A DNA stretch of 63,774 nt, filler included, from Phoronis australis (GCA_002633005.1; 10 parts of 10 records of this genome joined end to end with filler, not necessarily neighbours in it), one strand, 5' to 3'; shown: positions 13,690-26,634, counted from the first letter of the whole stretch. Translations and numbers: made by a program. The notes: generated from the letters alone by a model not told the origin.

Positions 13690-14470
13690 GGATGTGCCAT
13701 CGCCGTCTCACAAGCCAGTGGCCGTTGCGGACGGCAGTTATAAATATTTGCGGCAGCGCCTGCTGAATACTTTGGGCCCGCTCGACACCCCTTGGCAGAA
13801 ATTAGTGAGACCCGAAGGGGCTCCTTCGCTAGGTGGAACAGTCCGTGGTGTTTACTGGCCAAACCAGCCATCTCGTATAACAGACGTGGGAACGTCCTGC
13901 CCCGAGTACTGCAAGACCATACGAAGGCAAGCGACTTGATAGTAGCCAACAGGTTTGGTCGCAAGCTCTACAAGGCACTACACAAAAAGGCCATGGGCCG
14001 GAAAGAGAGCCGAGATATCAAAGCTCATCTTGGGAACAGACAACAAAGACCAACTGGGCCACGTTTAACAAGTCACAGACCTTTCCGAGGGCCCTCTTCA
14101 CGCCAAGAGACTACGCTGCTATGAACAACAACAGGCCATCCTTGTCGGTATACCACCCGTCAACTGAAGAGACCCCGGTAGTTCAGCACCCGGTTATTAA
14201 ATGTCCATTGCGAGGAATTTTTTAACAAACCATCTCTTCCAGGGCAAGGTCAAGGTACACCACCATTTGGAATGTAAATAACGTCCTGATATACATATCG
14301 TCGTTGGCGGACAATGAAAATTTTTCACTGACAGAATTGTCCCAGAAACAGCCAATGCTGTTTGCGTTGACTACAATCGCCAAAGGCTCGGAGTGGTACA
14401 AAATAAACCCCACGTTAGTGACGGGTTTTGGTGACAAGATTGACATTCCCATTGCAGGGCTCAAACCAAA
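13690..14470 (+). mobile_element. Decayed DIRS-type tyrosine-recombinase retrotransposon fragment
   Basis: From 14109: DYAAMNNNRPSLSVYHPSTEETPVVQHPVIKCPLRGIF / NK...YTTIWNVNNVLIYISSLADNENFSLTELSQKQPMLFALT matches the DIRS YR pattern (YS.IN..RSALS...HP.V...KG.FN..P..PRY...WDV..VL...N..LSL..L..K...L.AL). Upstream LPRVLQ...DLIVA resembles the DIRS methyltransferase-like region. Confidence 0.75.
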
Positions 14471-17400
14471 GGCCTTGATAGGCCTTTCTTAACTTTTTCA
14501 TAGTACACTTCAACGATAACAAAAAGCTATGTGCGGTGTCAGAGAACATATTTGAGTAGAACAGTCAATTTGAGACTCGAGATCAATGAAACACCTTTTT
14601 CTGAGTTCCCAAACCTCGCAAGGCTGAGATGGCTTGTTCTACCATGATGGCTCAAAGAGACTAAGGCTGCAACCAGAATTGATACTTCAATTTCCAAAGC
14701 ACATTCAACTCGAGTTACTTCAATTTCAAAGGCCGGCAGGCTTTTAGGAGCAGCTGCACGGCAATTGGTCCAATGTTTACACTTTTACAACAAATCAATT
14801 CAAGCTCAGACTGAGCTCCCACGCACTGAGACCCAGAGTTTGCAAAATAAAGTGCTAACAATATATCTTTAAACGCTACTTCCATACTTACGAAGTAAAA
14901 TTGTTAATTCCATGAACACTTGTAAAGCATATGACATGAAATTTTGATTTCATGAGTAAGAACAAAGTAGTTATTATAATTCCACCCAATTATGCTCATC
15001 TCTGACGAGTTGAATCTGAGTGTCCTTTAGGAGAGCTCTTAGCATGATATCAACGGATTCTATGACTATGATACTGTTACTTCCTATTACAGGTAGGTCC
15101 TAAATGGTGGTAGAGACATGTTGTTCGTTAGTTAAAGTCCTGTCAACCATAAAACGTTACGAGTTACTACAGTTATAGACCAAGAAGTTTCTTTGGAAGC
15201 GCTATGCACGTGGGTTGGTGAGGGAGGTCGTAAGTGTGGACGACTTTACAATTTTCTCTTCTCTATGGAATTTAGTTTTTTACCCAAACTAAATTCTACC
15301 ATTTCTTGTAAATAGTCAAATGTTGCCGAATGATGCGTGGGCAATTTCCGTGTTTGACTGATTAGTGCACAAACATTCCGACGCAGAATGTAATTATTAT
15401 AACTACTTCGTTCTTACTCATGAATCAACATTTCCTGCCATGCTTTCCAACCATTTATGAAATTAACAACTGCGAGAAAAGATCACCCACCAAGGACCGT
15501 AATATCCAATTTGTGAGATATAGAGTATGCGTTATTAGTCGATTTCTGCTTTTATTATTTTTTTTGAAGATTGGCGCAAATGATGTATTAGCAGATGACG
15601 GAACGAGGATTGGTTGAAATCATAAAAACAAGGCTTAGTTTTCTTTTACCTCTGTTGTAATAGTGGCCTAAAGCAAATGTGTGCGTAACGTTGTTCAGTT
15701 CATCATCGACATATTCTGCAAAGTTCTGGGAAATGACTGCAGGGAAAACCTCTGTGAAGATGAATAGACCACAATCACACTGTACGCCTTACTTTCATCT
15801 CAATTCATGTGTTGAACGATGGATATAGATCAATGCACTTGACATGCACCTCCTAATGAACCCAAAGCATTCCGAAGGGAAAAAAGAAAGTGAGTTGATA
15901 GTTGATTGAATTAGTTGTATGATAACGGGACTTTTAATTTGTTCTGGCACATCGGAGTACTTCGCTTGGTCCCTGTTTGTTCCATGCCGTCAAGTGTACA
16001 GTATTTTCTATTCTGTCAGTGGGCCTTGTTATCCTCTGCAGTCGAGGCTGCGTTGCTTGTGGTAGTCTATAGATTCTTCGATAGTATCCACAACTGTGTG
16101 GAATCTACAGTGTGAATTTGTTAAGTAGGACAAAACTTAAAATTCTAGTCATGAGTTGCATACAACTGAGAAACAGCGGGTGGGAAATTTGAGCATTTTA
16201 TTCGAATTTGAGTAGGCCATGACAAATGTCCCGTTGAATAGCTCAGGGTTGCTATCACTTTTTATTACAGGAGGGAACCCCTTTAAGAGTTTGAAGGCGA
16301 ATGGGCAGAAACAGTTCGGGAAATCTTCCGATGACAAGACCTGCCCTGGTATTACGTAAAAACTTAAAAGCTGCATAAGGAACGATATCCGGCAAAGTAT
16401 TTTTCAGTTGGGAGTCGGAACCAAGATGAAATGAATGAAAAGGGAATTGTATTCTGGGGGTTGCAGTCACCAAAAGAAACCACTGAAATTAATCCTTTAC
16501 TTCGTGATTTAGTTTTTTCGTCAAAAACACTTAAATTTACCCGGCTACGGGGAGCTTTGTCATGACGTGTCGATACTCAACGATTGCTTGTACTACTGAG
16601 ATTTTAGTTCCCCCCATATAAATTAACGCCAATAAGTATACCAAATAAATATAGCCCCCAAGCAATGCTAACATGTCGGCCGGGACGCCGCCGTGGAACT
16701 GACACGGCCGGGATGCTTTTTCAATTTTAGTATAGTTGAGTCACCATTTTGATATCATGTTAGTAAATTTGGGGTGTTAAATACAGATTAAGTGGGTATA
16801 CTAAGGGAACGAGAGATCACTATTTTTGGTTTGACATAAGTCAGTTTCGATCTGATGATGCTCCTGGTACGTTATGAACACTCCGGGTGTACATGTAGGC
16901 TACGTTATGGTTTTGAAAAATCGCTAGAATTAGGGCAAGTACATGTATTATATGGGCGGGCTTCATCCAGGTGAGGCACAAATATGGTCATTTATGCCCT
17001 CTTTCTGTCTTGGAACACAATCGGTTGTACCTCTTGGTATAAAAGTGGCGGGTACTTGATTATCCAGATTTGCCGTACAAATATCTCCCCCCACTTATAC
17101 CGGGCTCTGGCTAAAAATATGATTGCCTTCCCGAGGTTAACATTTCACATCTCTTTACGTAAAACTTAGTTTTTAAATTTTTTGTGTATAAATGCATAGT
17201 TCGTCAATACCTTGTTCCTTTTTAAAAGTGATAAATGCTCCACAAAACTGAATTTGTGGCAAAAAGTTGACGCTGAATGGGCTTTAAGAGGGCATTTTGC
17301 GAATAAACGCCCACTATTTGGCACTTGACACCAGAAGTTGTAACACCAAATGAACGCCCATAGGCGTTTCATCGTGACTGTGCGCTTATCTACGGAAAAT

Positions 17401-18591
17401 CCCGGTATAAGCTTCTCTTTAACGTGCATATTTTCTAATAACATATCGGAAGATTCCAGTGAGCTTTTAACAGCCCTTAAATACCTATGCATTCAATGAT
17501 AAATAATGAAAACGAATCATTAATGAGAATAAATTACTAGGTACTTACCTCTTTAAACTAGGGGGCGCTGCATGAAAAGATTCCCATTTTTTTCAATAAT
17601 ATTGAAAATTCAACGCAGGAGTTGATTCTCGGTGTCAAAGCAAAAATTTACTGAATGCCAAATTCAAAATGTTAAAAAATTCAATCATTGCTTACAACTG
17701 TCAATGTTTAGACGCGGTCAGGTACATCTGTTTTCTGGAGCTTCCTTTTTATCAGTGCGATAGAAAGGAGTTCACTCAATAGGCCTACCATCGAGATCTT
17801 GGACAATGCCATTAGTTTTGAAAATGTACGTTGAACCTTTTTTATAAGGTGTTTCATTTTCTAGGCTGCTATATCAATAAAACACCTTATTAACGCTAAT
17901 AATATGGCTTCAACATTCACTTTGCCTCGGTCGGACAGTTACATGTAGTTTGTACCATCACAAGGGTTTAGATTCCATCTTCTGTTAGCAAGAAATGATA
18001 GAATTTTGGAAAAGTTGGCCAAATTACAGTGATGCAATACTAAGGACTTCGGAAATAAAACTTGATTGATTAACTATTATCGACGATTTGAACAAATTAT
18101 TCTCCGCTCATACTGTGTGGACAACAAGTAAACACGTCAATGAATATGCGTTGATCGAAATTTCGGAATTTTGACGCAAACAGATATTCCAATTGGCCCG
18201 AGTTGGTGTGCTGGCTACTACCCTATATATGCCTCTGAAAACGGGAAATTTAGACAGACACTCTTTTTACTGACTCAAAACCCCAAATGATATGTCTTGA
18301 CTGGTCAGTTTTTACCTTGACATGCAGTGTCTAGATGGCTGTGTAACCGGTCTTGTATCAGTTTATATAGGCGGCAAGAGAAAAGTGTTTCATTAAACTC
18401 TGAGCTAGGGAGTCTTCACCGCACTTTCAGCTTTAGCACACTTAAAATAAACTTTACAGTTACACTTTCATTTATTTTGCCTGTCCTCATGCAATTTACA
18501 TTCAATATGTGTGCACGGCAGAGACTTGATGCTTGCAAAACACACACGGATGTGCGGTGTATTTTATGATAAAAGGCGCTCAAAATTGAGG

Positions 18592-19131
18592 TTATACTTC
18601 AGTCCTTGGCTGTAAGTGTAATCTGGTATAGGTGTTCTCGCCCTCACAAGCACCACAACACATCAAATGCCGCCATCGTGAGGCGAAACTTTGCGCATTC
18701 GAAGAGGAAGTAGCACAGTCCTTGACCACGTAACGATTTCGTCTGAATCCTGATTTCAAACGCTTGAAAAGTCCTTCGCGTTTTACAATATTTGATTTAT
18801 CCGTAAAATCATCAATATGTTGTGCGTCCTCTGAAACAGAAGAAACGTCATTAAGAGGAACATAAACAAACGTCTCGACGTCTTCTGAACGAATGTCCTT
18901 AATGATGTATGGCTTGTTGTTAATTTGCAATCTTGATTTACATTTCCCGTCGTATTCAGTGTCCATTGAATTGTCCCCACCAGCAAAACAAAAATCATAC
19001 TGAAGCAACGTTGCAAAATGCGGCAATCCGTCGTCTTCTAGGCGAGCATCCTCAACCTCCTCTGGTTCGTTCTTAGCTTGACGATTTGTGACATTAATCT
19101 CAGCACAGTCCTTGACCACGCGACGATTTCG
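18592..19131 (-). CDS. C-terminal segment of the same frame (in frame after TGA)
   Basis: In frame with the preceding segment; the paralogous position of the TGA is AGA; ends RWRHLMCCGACEGENTYTRLHLQPRTEV*. Confidence 0.5.
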   Translation of the reverse strand, partial: RNRRVVKDCAEINVTNRQAKNEPEEVEDARLEDDGLPHFATLLQYDFCFAGGDNSMDTEYDGKCKSRLQINNKPYIIKDIRSEDVETFVYVPLNDVSSVSEDAQHIDDFTDKSNIVKREGLFKRLKSGFRRNRYVVKDCATSSSNAQSFASRWRHLMCCGACEGENTYTRLHLQPRTEV

Positions 19132-19488
19132 TCAGAATCGTGATTTCAAACGCTTGAAAAGTCCTTCGCGTTTTAAAATATTTGATTTATCCGTAAAATT
19201 GCCGATACTTTGGGTGTACTCTGAAACAGAAGAATCGTCGTCAAGAGGCACATCCACAAACGTCTCGACGTCTTCTGAACGAATGCCCTCCATGATGCTA
19301 ATGTTGCTAATTTCCAATCTTGTTATACTTTTCCCGTCGTATTCAGTGTCCAATGAATTATCCCCAGCAGCAAAACCAAAATCATACTGAAGCAACGTTG
19401 CAAAAGGTGACGATCTGTCGTCTTCTAGGCGAGCATCCCCAACCTCCTCTGGTTCGTTCTTATCTCGAAGATTTGTGACATTAATCTC
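18712..19488. repeat. Tandem duplication of ~390 bp (18712-19101 / 19102-19488)
   Basis: Clear alignment of both units with a frame-preserving 3-nt indel. Confidence 0.9.
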
Positions 19489-19690
19489 ATCTTCACTGAT
19501 TACGGCCATTTCAGTATCCTTTGGAAAATGCAACGTCCCAAACGAAATGTGATTGTGAGGCCAGGTGGTAACATAAGAAGGTGTAATGTCGTCCAATCGC
19601 ATATCTACACGTTTGTTGGACAGACTGCTGCCCTGAAATTTTATTTTGTCCTTCTGGCCAGTTTCAGGTACAAACGTATACTCTAAAAAA
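19132..19690 (-). CDS. Middle segment of the same frame (after T6 homopolymer frameshift, ends at TGA)
   Basis: One extra T at 19685-19690 joins ORF 19683-21578 to ORF 19132-19791; contains unit 2 of a ~390-bp tandem duplication. Confidence 0.5.
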
Positions 19691-21578
19691 TTGCAGTATG
19701 AGAAGAAATGGCATCTGGGGACAACTTGGCAAAGCTGTGCAGATTTGCATCTTCTAGGCCTATAGCTTCGACGCTGCCTGATTTGCTGCACAGAGTCTCA
19801 GATGAGGAGCGTGCTGTGTCCTGTGTAAACGTCTTCCCAATCGCAGAGGAAACTGTAGGCTCGGTCGAATCATTGAAATCAGACAGTGTGATGTCTTCTA
19901 AGTGACCTCTTCCAACGAATTTACTTTCGGATTTCAGGACTTTCTCCCTACTATCATCAGCGAACTCAGCAATACCTGACGAGAGAATGACTTCTTGTCG
20001 AACTTCTCTAACGTCACCTGGCTTGTTTCTACCTTCCACTTTACCGACTTCTCTCCCTCCAGTGTCAATTATACGTGCAGAGCTGCGGCAGATGGTTTCT
20101 GAAGCAGCTGATTCAATAGAAAAAAATGTTGCTCCGTAAGGCAACCCATGAATGTCACAAAGTTTGTCGTCTACTGGAATGATCTCAATATTTCGTATTT
20201 CGATACAACTTTCTTCGTCGGGTGTAATAATAGGGATTTGACTAGCCAGTAACTGTTGCAGGTCCGTCTTTTCATGGAAATTCTTCTTCACCAATTTATC
20301 TTTGTCTGCGGAAATGTGGCATACTTCCTCTGAATCTGCAGATTCGGTCGACTTGGTGCCGTCTCCAAAGTGGTAACCTTCAACGCTTTTACTTTTGGAT
20401 TTCAGGGTGTTCTCGATACCATCAGCCGCATCAGCGGACCCAGTGATATCTGATGATTGGATGACTTCCTGTCTAACATGGTCAACGTCGCCTGGTTTGT
20501 TTCTGTTATCTAATTCCACTACTTCTCTACCTCCACCATCAGGGTCACTAATAGTGTCTTTATCTACATCTGGTAGATCTATCTTCTCATGCATATTGCT
20601 CTTGGCATTCTCATCTTTCTTTGCGGAAATGGGGTACACTTCCTCCGAAACTGCAGACTCAGTTGTCTTAGTGAAATCAGACAGCGTGGCGTCTTCTACG
20701 TGGTCATTTTGAACGGGGTTGCTTTCGGATTTCAATACCTTTTCCTTACTATAAGCAGCATCAGGGAACCCAGTGGTACGTGACAGTTGAATGACTTCCT
20801 GTTGAACATCTTCGACGTTGTCTGGTTTGTTTCTAAGGTTCAATTGCACGACTTCTCTCCCTTCAGCATCGGGGTCATCAATTTGACCTTTCTGTATATT
20901 TTTTGTTAGATCCGTATTTTCATGGACATTCTGTTTTACCTTTTCGTCGTTCTCTGTGGAATTGCGGGACACTTCTTCCGAAGTGTTTCTTTCAAATTTA
21001 GCGTCTTTGTAGATGGTTGTCGAGTTTCCAATGTTGCACTCGACTTCACACTCGGTGACATGCCCACAGAGGTCCATTGATTTGCCGACAGTGTTTGCCT
21101 TTTTGCGGCGTGATGCTATCACAAGAAGACAACACAAATCTGTTACACACCTGACATAAGATTCCATTAATTTAGTGTCAAGTTTTGCTTTCTGAACAGT
21201 TTTAGACGCGTCAGATGCGTCTCTTGACCACTTTTCACTCACTGCCGTGGTTCCAGAAGCGTCTTTCTTGCTAAAAGACACAATGCGCGGAAATTTCCTT
21301 GTAACAAAGTAAACTTTCTCCGTCGTTCTCAGCACAATTCGCAAAATGAAGTCTATAAACCAGGATATCGTAACTTTTATAAAGTTTCGAATGACTCTGT
21401 GAGCCATTCCCGGGTTCATTTTACAAAATTTGCAAAGTGAATATGTCACGAATAGGTCGACGTCACCAATTGTACATGTCAAAGGACAACTACCGGGAAT
21501 TTCCGAAAATGTAGACTCACCGCAAAGCAAATGCGCCAATTGGCGTATTTTCGGAAAATTTTCCAAAAGTACAACCAT
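19683..21578 (-). CDS. Acidic low-complexity repeat protein, N-terminal 631 codons (continues across a frameshift)
   Basis: 1.9-kb intronless ORF; three copies of GREV(V/G)xLxxRNKPxxVxxVxQEVI; no recognisable domain. Confidence 0.65.
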   Translation of the reverse strand: MVVLLENFPKIRQLAHLLCGESTFSEIPGSCPLTCTIGDVDLFVTYSLCKFCKMNPGMAHRVIRNFIKVTISWFIDFILRIVLRTTEKVYFVTRKFPRIVSFSKKDASGTTAVSEKWSRDASDASKTVQKAKLDTKLMESYVRCVTDLCCLLVIASRRKKANTVGKSMDLCGHVTECEVECNIGNSTTIYKDAKFERNTSEEVSRNSTENDEKVKQNVHENTDLTKNIQKGQIDDPDAEGREVVQLNLRNKPDNVEDVQQEVIQLSRTTGFPDAAYSKEKVLKSESNPVQNDHVEDATLSDFTKTTESAVSEEVYPISAKKDENAKSNMHEKIDLPDVDKDTISDPDGGGREVVELDNRNKPGDVDHVRQEVIQSSDITGSADAADGIENTLKSKSKSVEGYHFGDGTKSTESADSEEVCHISADKDKLVKKNFHEKTDLQQLLASQIPIITPDEESCIEIRNIEIIPVDDKLCDIHGLPYGATFFSIESAASETICRSSARIIDTGGREVGKVEGRNKPGDVREVRQEVILSSGIAEFADDSREKVLKSESKFVGRGHLEDITLSDFNDSTEPTVSSAIGKTFTQDTARSSSETLCSKSGSVEAIGLEDANLHSFAKLSPDAISSHTAIF

Positions 21579-21673
21579 ATGCTTATTTTCGGTAACTGTT
21601 AGCGTGTCTTGAAATTCTGAAGGACTCGTTCTATAATACGTTTGTAATGTGTTTTGAAGTAAAGAATTATTTT

Positions 21674-21905
21674 CATGCGCGCACCCAGGGGAGCTCGGGG
21701 GGCTCGAATGAGCCCCTCATTTGGCGAAGAGGGCAAAAACGTCCGCCTCAGAGAAACAAAAAGTCCGCGAAAACGAGACAAAAGTGCACTAAAAAGGCAC
21801 AGACGCAGAGTCAAGGTGGTACCTTGTTTTTTTAGTCCTCTCACTTTCTTGTCAAAAGGTCCACATCATTCGAGCCCCTCATATTAAAGGCTGGGTGCGC
21901 GCATG
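21674..21905 (+). mobile_element. MITE family A, copy 2
   Basis: CATGCGCGCACCCA...TGGGTGCGCGCATG; internal homology to 13430-13684. Confidence 0.85.
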
Positions 21906-24900
21906 TGTCACTGTGCTCAAAGACACCAATGCCTTAAGTGAAACCTGGCGTTGGAAACCACAACTTAATTCCCCGAAGCACAATAACACCCGGTGAAAAT
22001 CTTATATCGATCAATCGTGTTATAACCTGAAAGGGTATAATGTCTATGTTGTTCTTGAACCCTGACACACTTGATTGTGCTGGTCTCTGAGAAACGTACC
22101 AGTGCCACATTTCAGTCACCAGTAAGTCTCAAATAACTCACAAAGAGAATTTCGAAGCGAGCAACAGATGAAACACGCCAGATAGCCCTTCAAGAGATCT
22201 ATCTACACACCTTATTTTACAAGAGTCCTTCTAAGGACCCGGCCAGAGAGCTATAAGGCTCCGGAAGTCAAGATAGAAACACCGCTGGCACAACAACACA
22301 TTTAGTCTGATTTGGCCTAAAAACAAGAGGGCTCAAAACTTTTATGTGGTACATGGCGTGAAAACATTTCATATTCATGGAACCAAGAAGACGTTAGCAA
22401 TTTAAGAGCACGTCGATGATCCTCGGATGCGGTGTGGTTCGAGTAACTAAGACGGACCTTTATATACTTTAAATAGCATGGAAGTAGGGAACTTTTCATA
22501 TCAACGCTCTTTAACAGAGTAGCGAGAGCAAGAAAACGACTTGCGCTTGATCGGACTGGGATTTGGTGGACAGATCACTTTACGACATGGTGGTTCATTA
22601 AATTAAAAACAGAGGAATAAATTCCATTGTCAACCTCTCCACTGTTTGATTATGTTAAGTACCTTAATTTCTTTTAACTTTTTGGCATCGGCTGGGATCG
22701 AAATTCTCCCGTTTTATCAGTCGCAGCGACCGGCTATGCAGGCGAGGATTCTTCTCCACAGTTGGAAATGTATGGGACACGATGTGCTTCATCCATGGAT
22801 AGTTCAAGAGGTTTGCCTTTTCCGTAAGTTATTATTATATCCTTCCCTACATCGGGAAAAAAATTCCGGCACTATAATAGCAGGATAGGCGTTAAAACGC
22901 TTTTTATGCCACTAGGCTGGAACGTCCCTTCCGCATAACATAGGATCTATAGGTGGCGCGATGAACGCCTGTCCACCAAACCCACGATAGCCGTCTGACG
23001 GGATTGTGACTTTCAATATGGCGTGCCTATTTCGAAAGTCAGCTATTGGTAGAATGTAGGGTGAAATGAAATCTCAAACCTCTCAAGGAAAACAGTCTAT
23101 AATCAATTCTCTCGACGTGTTCGTTTATCGTGAAGCTAGATGGCGGTAAAAGCTTGCGGTAGGCGGTGGGGGTGAAATTTTCCGGGGGCAACACGTATCC
23201 TGCGAACAAGCGATGGCCTTGGATAGACGGAGGGGTGATGGGTGAAACTGGTGTAAATCGGGTACTTTGCCCCTGTCGAATTAAACCTTCATTCTATACG
23301 TAACTGACGGCCCGGCGGATCTCATGAAACTGCCGGACCGTGGCACGCAGTTGCTGGCCAGCGCGGCGCGAGAGTGCCGGGTGGTCACTTATATAGTGAA
23401 AGCGTTGTCCTATCTATGAACCATATAATTCTAGCCCTGGAATGCCAACTCCTGCACGTGACCAATGTATTCTATTAATGGAACTTGCGACCCCGAGACG
23501 ACCCGCGAGAGTTTGCATTGTGAATTTCGGCTATCTGCTCGAATGAGTTTTCATTGAGTGTTGTAGTTATCAAATCAAGCCTAATTTCATTGCTTCATTT
23601 TAATTGTGTCATTTTTCTTCAACAAGTGAGGCTCTTATGTTATAGTTCTTAACAACCAGCAATTTCTTGGGAAAATAAGTCAACAAACCGACAGTTACAT
23701 TCTTTATACGCACCGACTTGTAGCCCTGACAGGATACCTGGAATTAGTGTGGCCTCTGACATTCAGCTCGACAGCCTATCAAACTATATGCCAGGAGTTT
23801 TTCAACAAGACATTTTTGGGTGTTAAAGTCATGTATACGGTATTTTACGGAAAGAAGTGACATTTTGTTTCTGGGTGTTTGTTCTGCTATAAATGTAAAG
23901 TTTAGACCCTAACAGGTGTGCCGGTTTACGTAACGTTAAAAAACTACTCGTAATTGCCTAGCTAAGTGCGTGCGTGCGTGCTTGAGTGTCTGTCTGTTTG
24001 TATGTCTGCATGTATATATCATTACTCTTTGCAATTCATTCTATAATGATGATTCATTTGTGCAATGTTGACCTGCTGCCCATATGCCATTTTTGTTAAT
24101 TCAGTTTCTGAGCAGTAGGCCTTTTGTACACTGTACCTATACCCGTGAAAAGAAATTTTAAGAGTTGACAAGTTTATCTTGTAAAAGAATCCAATCCAGT
24201 ACTTTGTGTTGCTGACAGCGCACAGTGTACTTGTCCCGCTCTTGGTAAACTGTTACACTTTTTGATTTTTTGCCGTCGACCCGCCACTCCATCGAAATGT
24301 CCCCGCTTTTTGACACTGTAAAACTGGCATATTAACATATGCTGTTGTAAATTCCCACACGACTTAGCCATATTTTGTTGTTGGACCACCCACAATTCCC
24401 CATTCCACAAAAAAACAAAAGCGTCGTCGGGCACTTTTGGGTGTTACGTTTCCCGTTCGACAAAACGGTGTCGGGAAGTTTTGTCGTCTTGCGGCGAACA
24501 TTTCAGCCTTGCGTTATGGCTTGGACCCAGATGTCCCGCTTTTTATCTGGAAGTACCGCTTTTCGTTCCTGAAATTCCGTTTTCTCATTCTTCAATTTTG
24601 ACCGTGACGACTAATGCAACAGGTGTTCAAAATAACATTGTCTCTGTGTTATAAATATTGATATTTTGCAGTCCGTAACGATTCAGTGCTGATCGGTATA
24701 CAGTACATACTAAATTTCCCTCAAGGCCCATTAAGTGATTTTGTCATTTGTAAAGCTTCTAAATGGTTGCTATTTGTAGCCACTTGACATGCAACAGACT
24801 CGCACAGTTTATCCATATCCGTTAACCAATTTTTGTCTCGTACCAACGACTTCGTCTTCACGAGATCCTGATGAGACTTGTGTTTGAAAAGGCACTCACT

Positions 24901-25942
24901 CATTACGGTGTCCAAACATTTGTGTTCTTTAAAAGAATACCAAACCCTGTTTATGTGAGTTCAACCGACTCTCATTTTGTGCCCTGCTAATGCAACATTG
25001 ACCTCTCACTTGATTGACAAAAGCAAGATTCTACAAAAAATAATACTATGTAAGACCCTACAAATTCCAAATATGGCTAATTTCGGAACGTCGTGTCTCA
25101 GAAATGGCTGGCTGGATTTTTACGAAAGTTTCAAATGACTCCAACCAGCCATTTCTGACAGATGAAGTTTTAAACTGCTAGGAATTATTATAAAATCTTC
25201 TACTATTGCATGAGGGGCTATCAAAGTAAGGTTCCGATGATTTTTAGAAAGAAATAAAGTTGCATAAAACGAAAACTAAATGAGAAGAGCGTTTGAGATT
25301 TCACCATGAATATTCATATCACGTGAAAGTTAGTTGTGTTGTTGATATTGTTGTTCTGCTATGAATGTACCTTTCATTTTTGCTAATTCTAAATGAGAAG
25401 CATGATCACTTGATCCGATTAATGGAAGATTATTAAACATCGAGTTCTAACAGTTTTTCTTTTTTCAGCGGAAAATATATACTTTAACTGAGTTAAAATC
25501 TATAGTTTTGTTGCTATTTGGCTACTAAATACATAAACTTGTCGACAAGGCTCCACATAACCTTTATTAGTGTATCATGGAATAGATACTACGGTTCTGA
25601 ATTGGTGGTCTTTTGATCACCACAGTTGTTGTGTGACTCTTGTAAAGCATTGGATATGCTGTTAGCAGACTTTGTAAGAGAATTTTAAATTTGCTGTAAA
25701 CTTTTGAGGGTTGACAAGGGTTACTGAGCGCTATTTTGTTTTAGAGAGCTGAATAGGGAGTCAAAATTGGGTTCAACATCCTTTTACTTTATGATACCAG
25801 TGTAGTTGGAGTATGGGCACGGATTAGATAATACGAGATGCGCCACAACTTTTCCTCTAGCGGACGCTATTGTCCTACGGGCGTTCTGCGAGCCACCTGC
25901 GAACAACTGCTGCCGAGTCGTCATGTCCTTGTGGATTCTCGT

Positions 25943-26582
25943 TTATAGGGGCACAGAACAGTTCTCACAGGGGTTTACCTATCAGAACACACGTCAATGG
26001 ACTCTTCACCCTTTCTTCACTCTGTCAAAAACTACAGGCAAAGAATGAAAAGTTTTGCATCATTTCACATCACAATACCTGCACATGAGGACAGAAACTT
26101 TATTCTCACTTGTATTTTTGATCCTTTCACTCCTGCTGAAAACCAAGCTAGACTAAGATAAATAGGGGCAAAAACGCAAAATCGAAACTTTTTACCTCAA
26201 AACCACCACTTCCCAGCCGAGGCTCGACTAAAGTCAACACAAGATCCCGAAAGAAAATTTCCTACTGATTCCAAAACGTGGTCTAGAAGTACTGTCAACC
26301 AACTATTTTTTTTGCAAATCTGGTTTGTTTGAGGGCTACTTGAAAACGCTGCCAATTTCTCAGTCGCTACCCAGCCATGCACTATAGTCCTTTTGCGAGT
26401 TTATAACAATAACGCGAGATTATGTGAGACTTAATAGGGGGCCGCCATCTTGAACAAGAGTGCATCTACAGCCGAGCAAGTAGCATTTTTTCATTCTCAG
26501 CATGTTCACAAATACAAACAAACCACATTCACTTGGCCTACATGCAATACCTAAGTAAAAATGCTCCCAAGCCTTGCCTACC
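25943..26582 (+). repeat. Dispersed repeat, copy 1 (~600 bp; copy 2 at 50863-51434)
   Basis: Shared blocks such as CTGAAAACCAAGCTAGACTAAGA, AATTTCTCAGTCGCTACCCAGC, TTCTCAGCATGTTCACAAATACAAACAAACCACATTCACT. Confidence 0.85.
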
Positions 26583-26634
26583 CAATGGCGGATTTAGAGG
26601 GGGGCCAAGGGGGCCATGGCCCCCCTAAAATTCT
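26583..26634 (+). mobile_element. hAT-like MITE family B, left end (truncated by contig end)
   Basis: CAATGGCGGATTTAGAGGGGGGCCAAGGGGGCC..., homologous to 28617. Confidence 0.7.

Noticed and set aside
19132-19134. In-frame TGA as selenocysteine
   Set aside because: The paralogous codon in the duplicate unit is AGA (Arg), not Cys, and no SECIS was recognised.
24380-24935. Coding-looking minus-strand fragments
   Set aside because: No recognisable motif or consistent splice structure.
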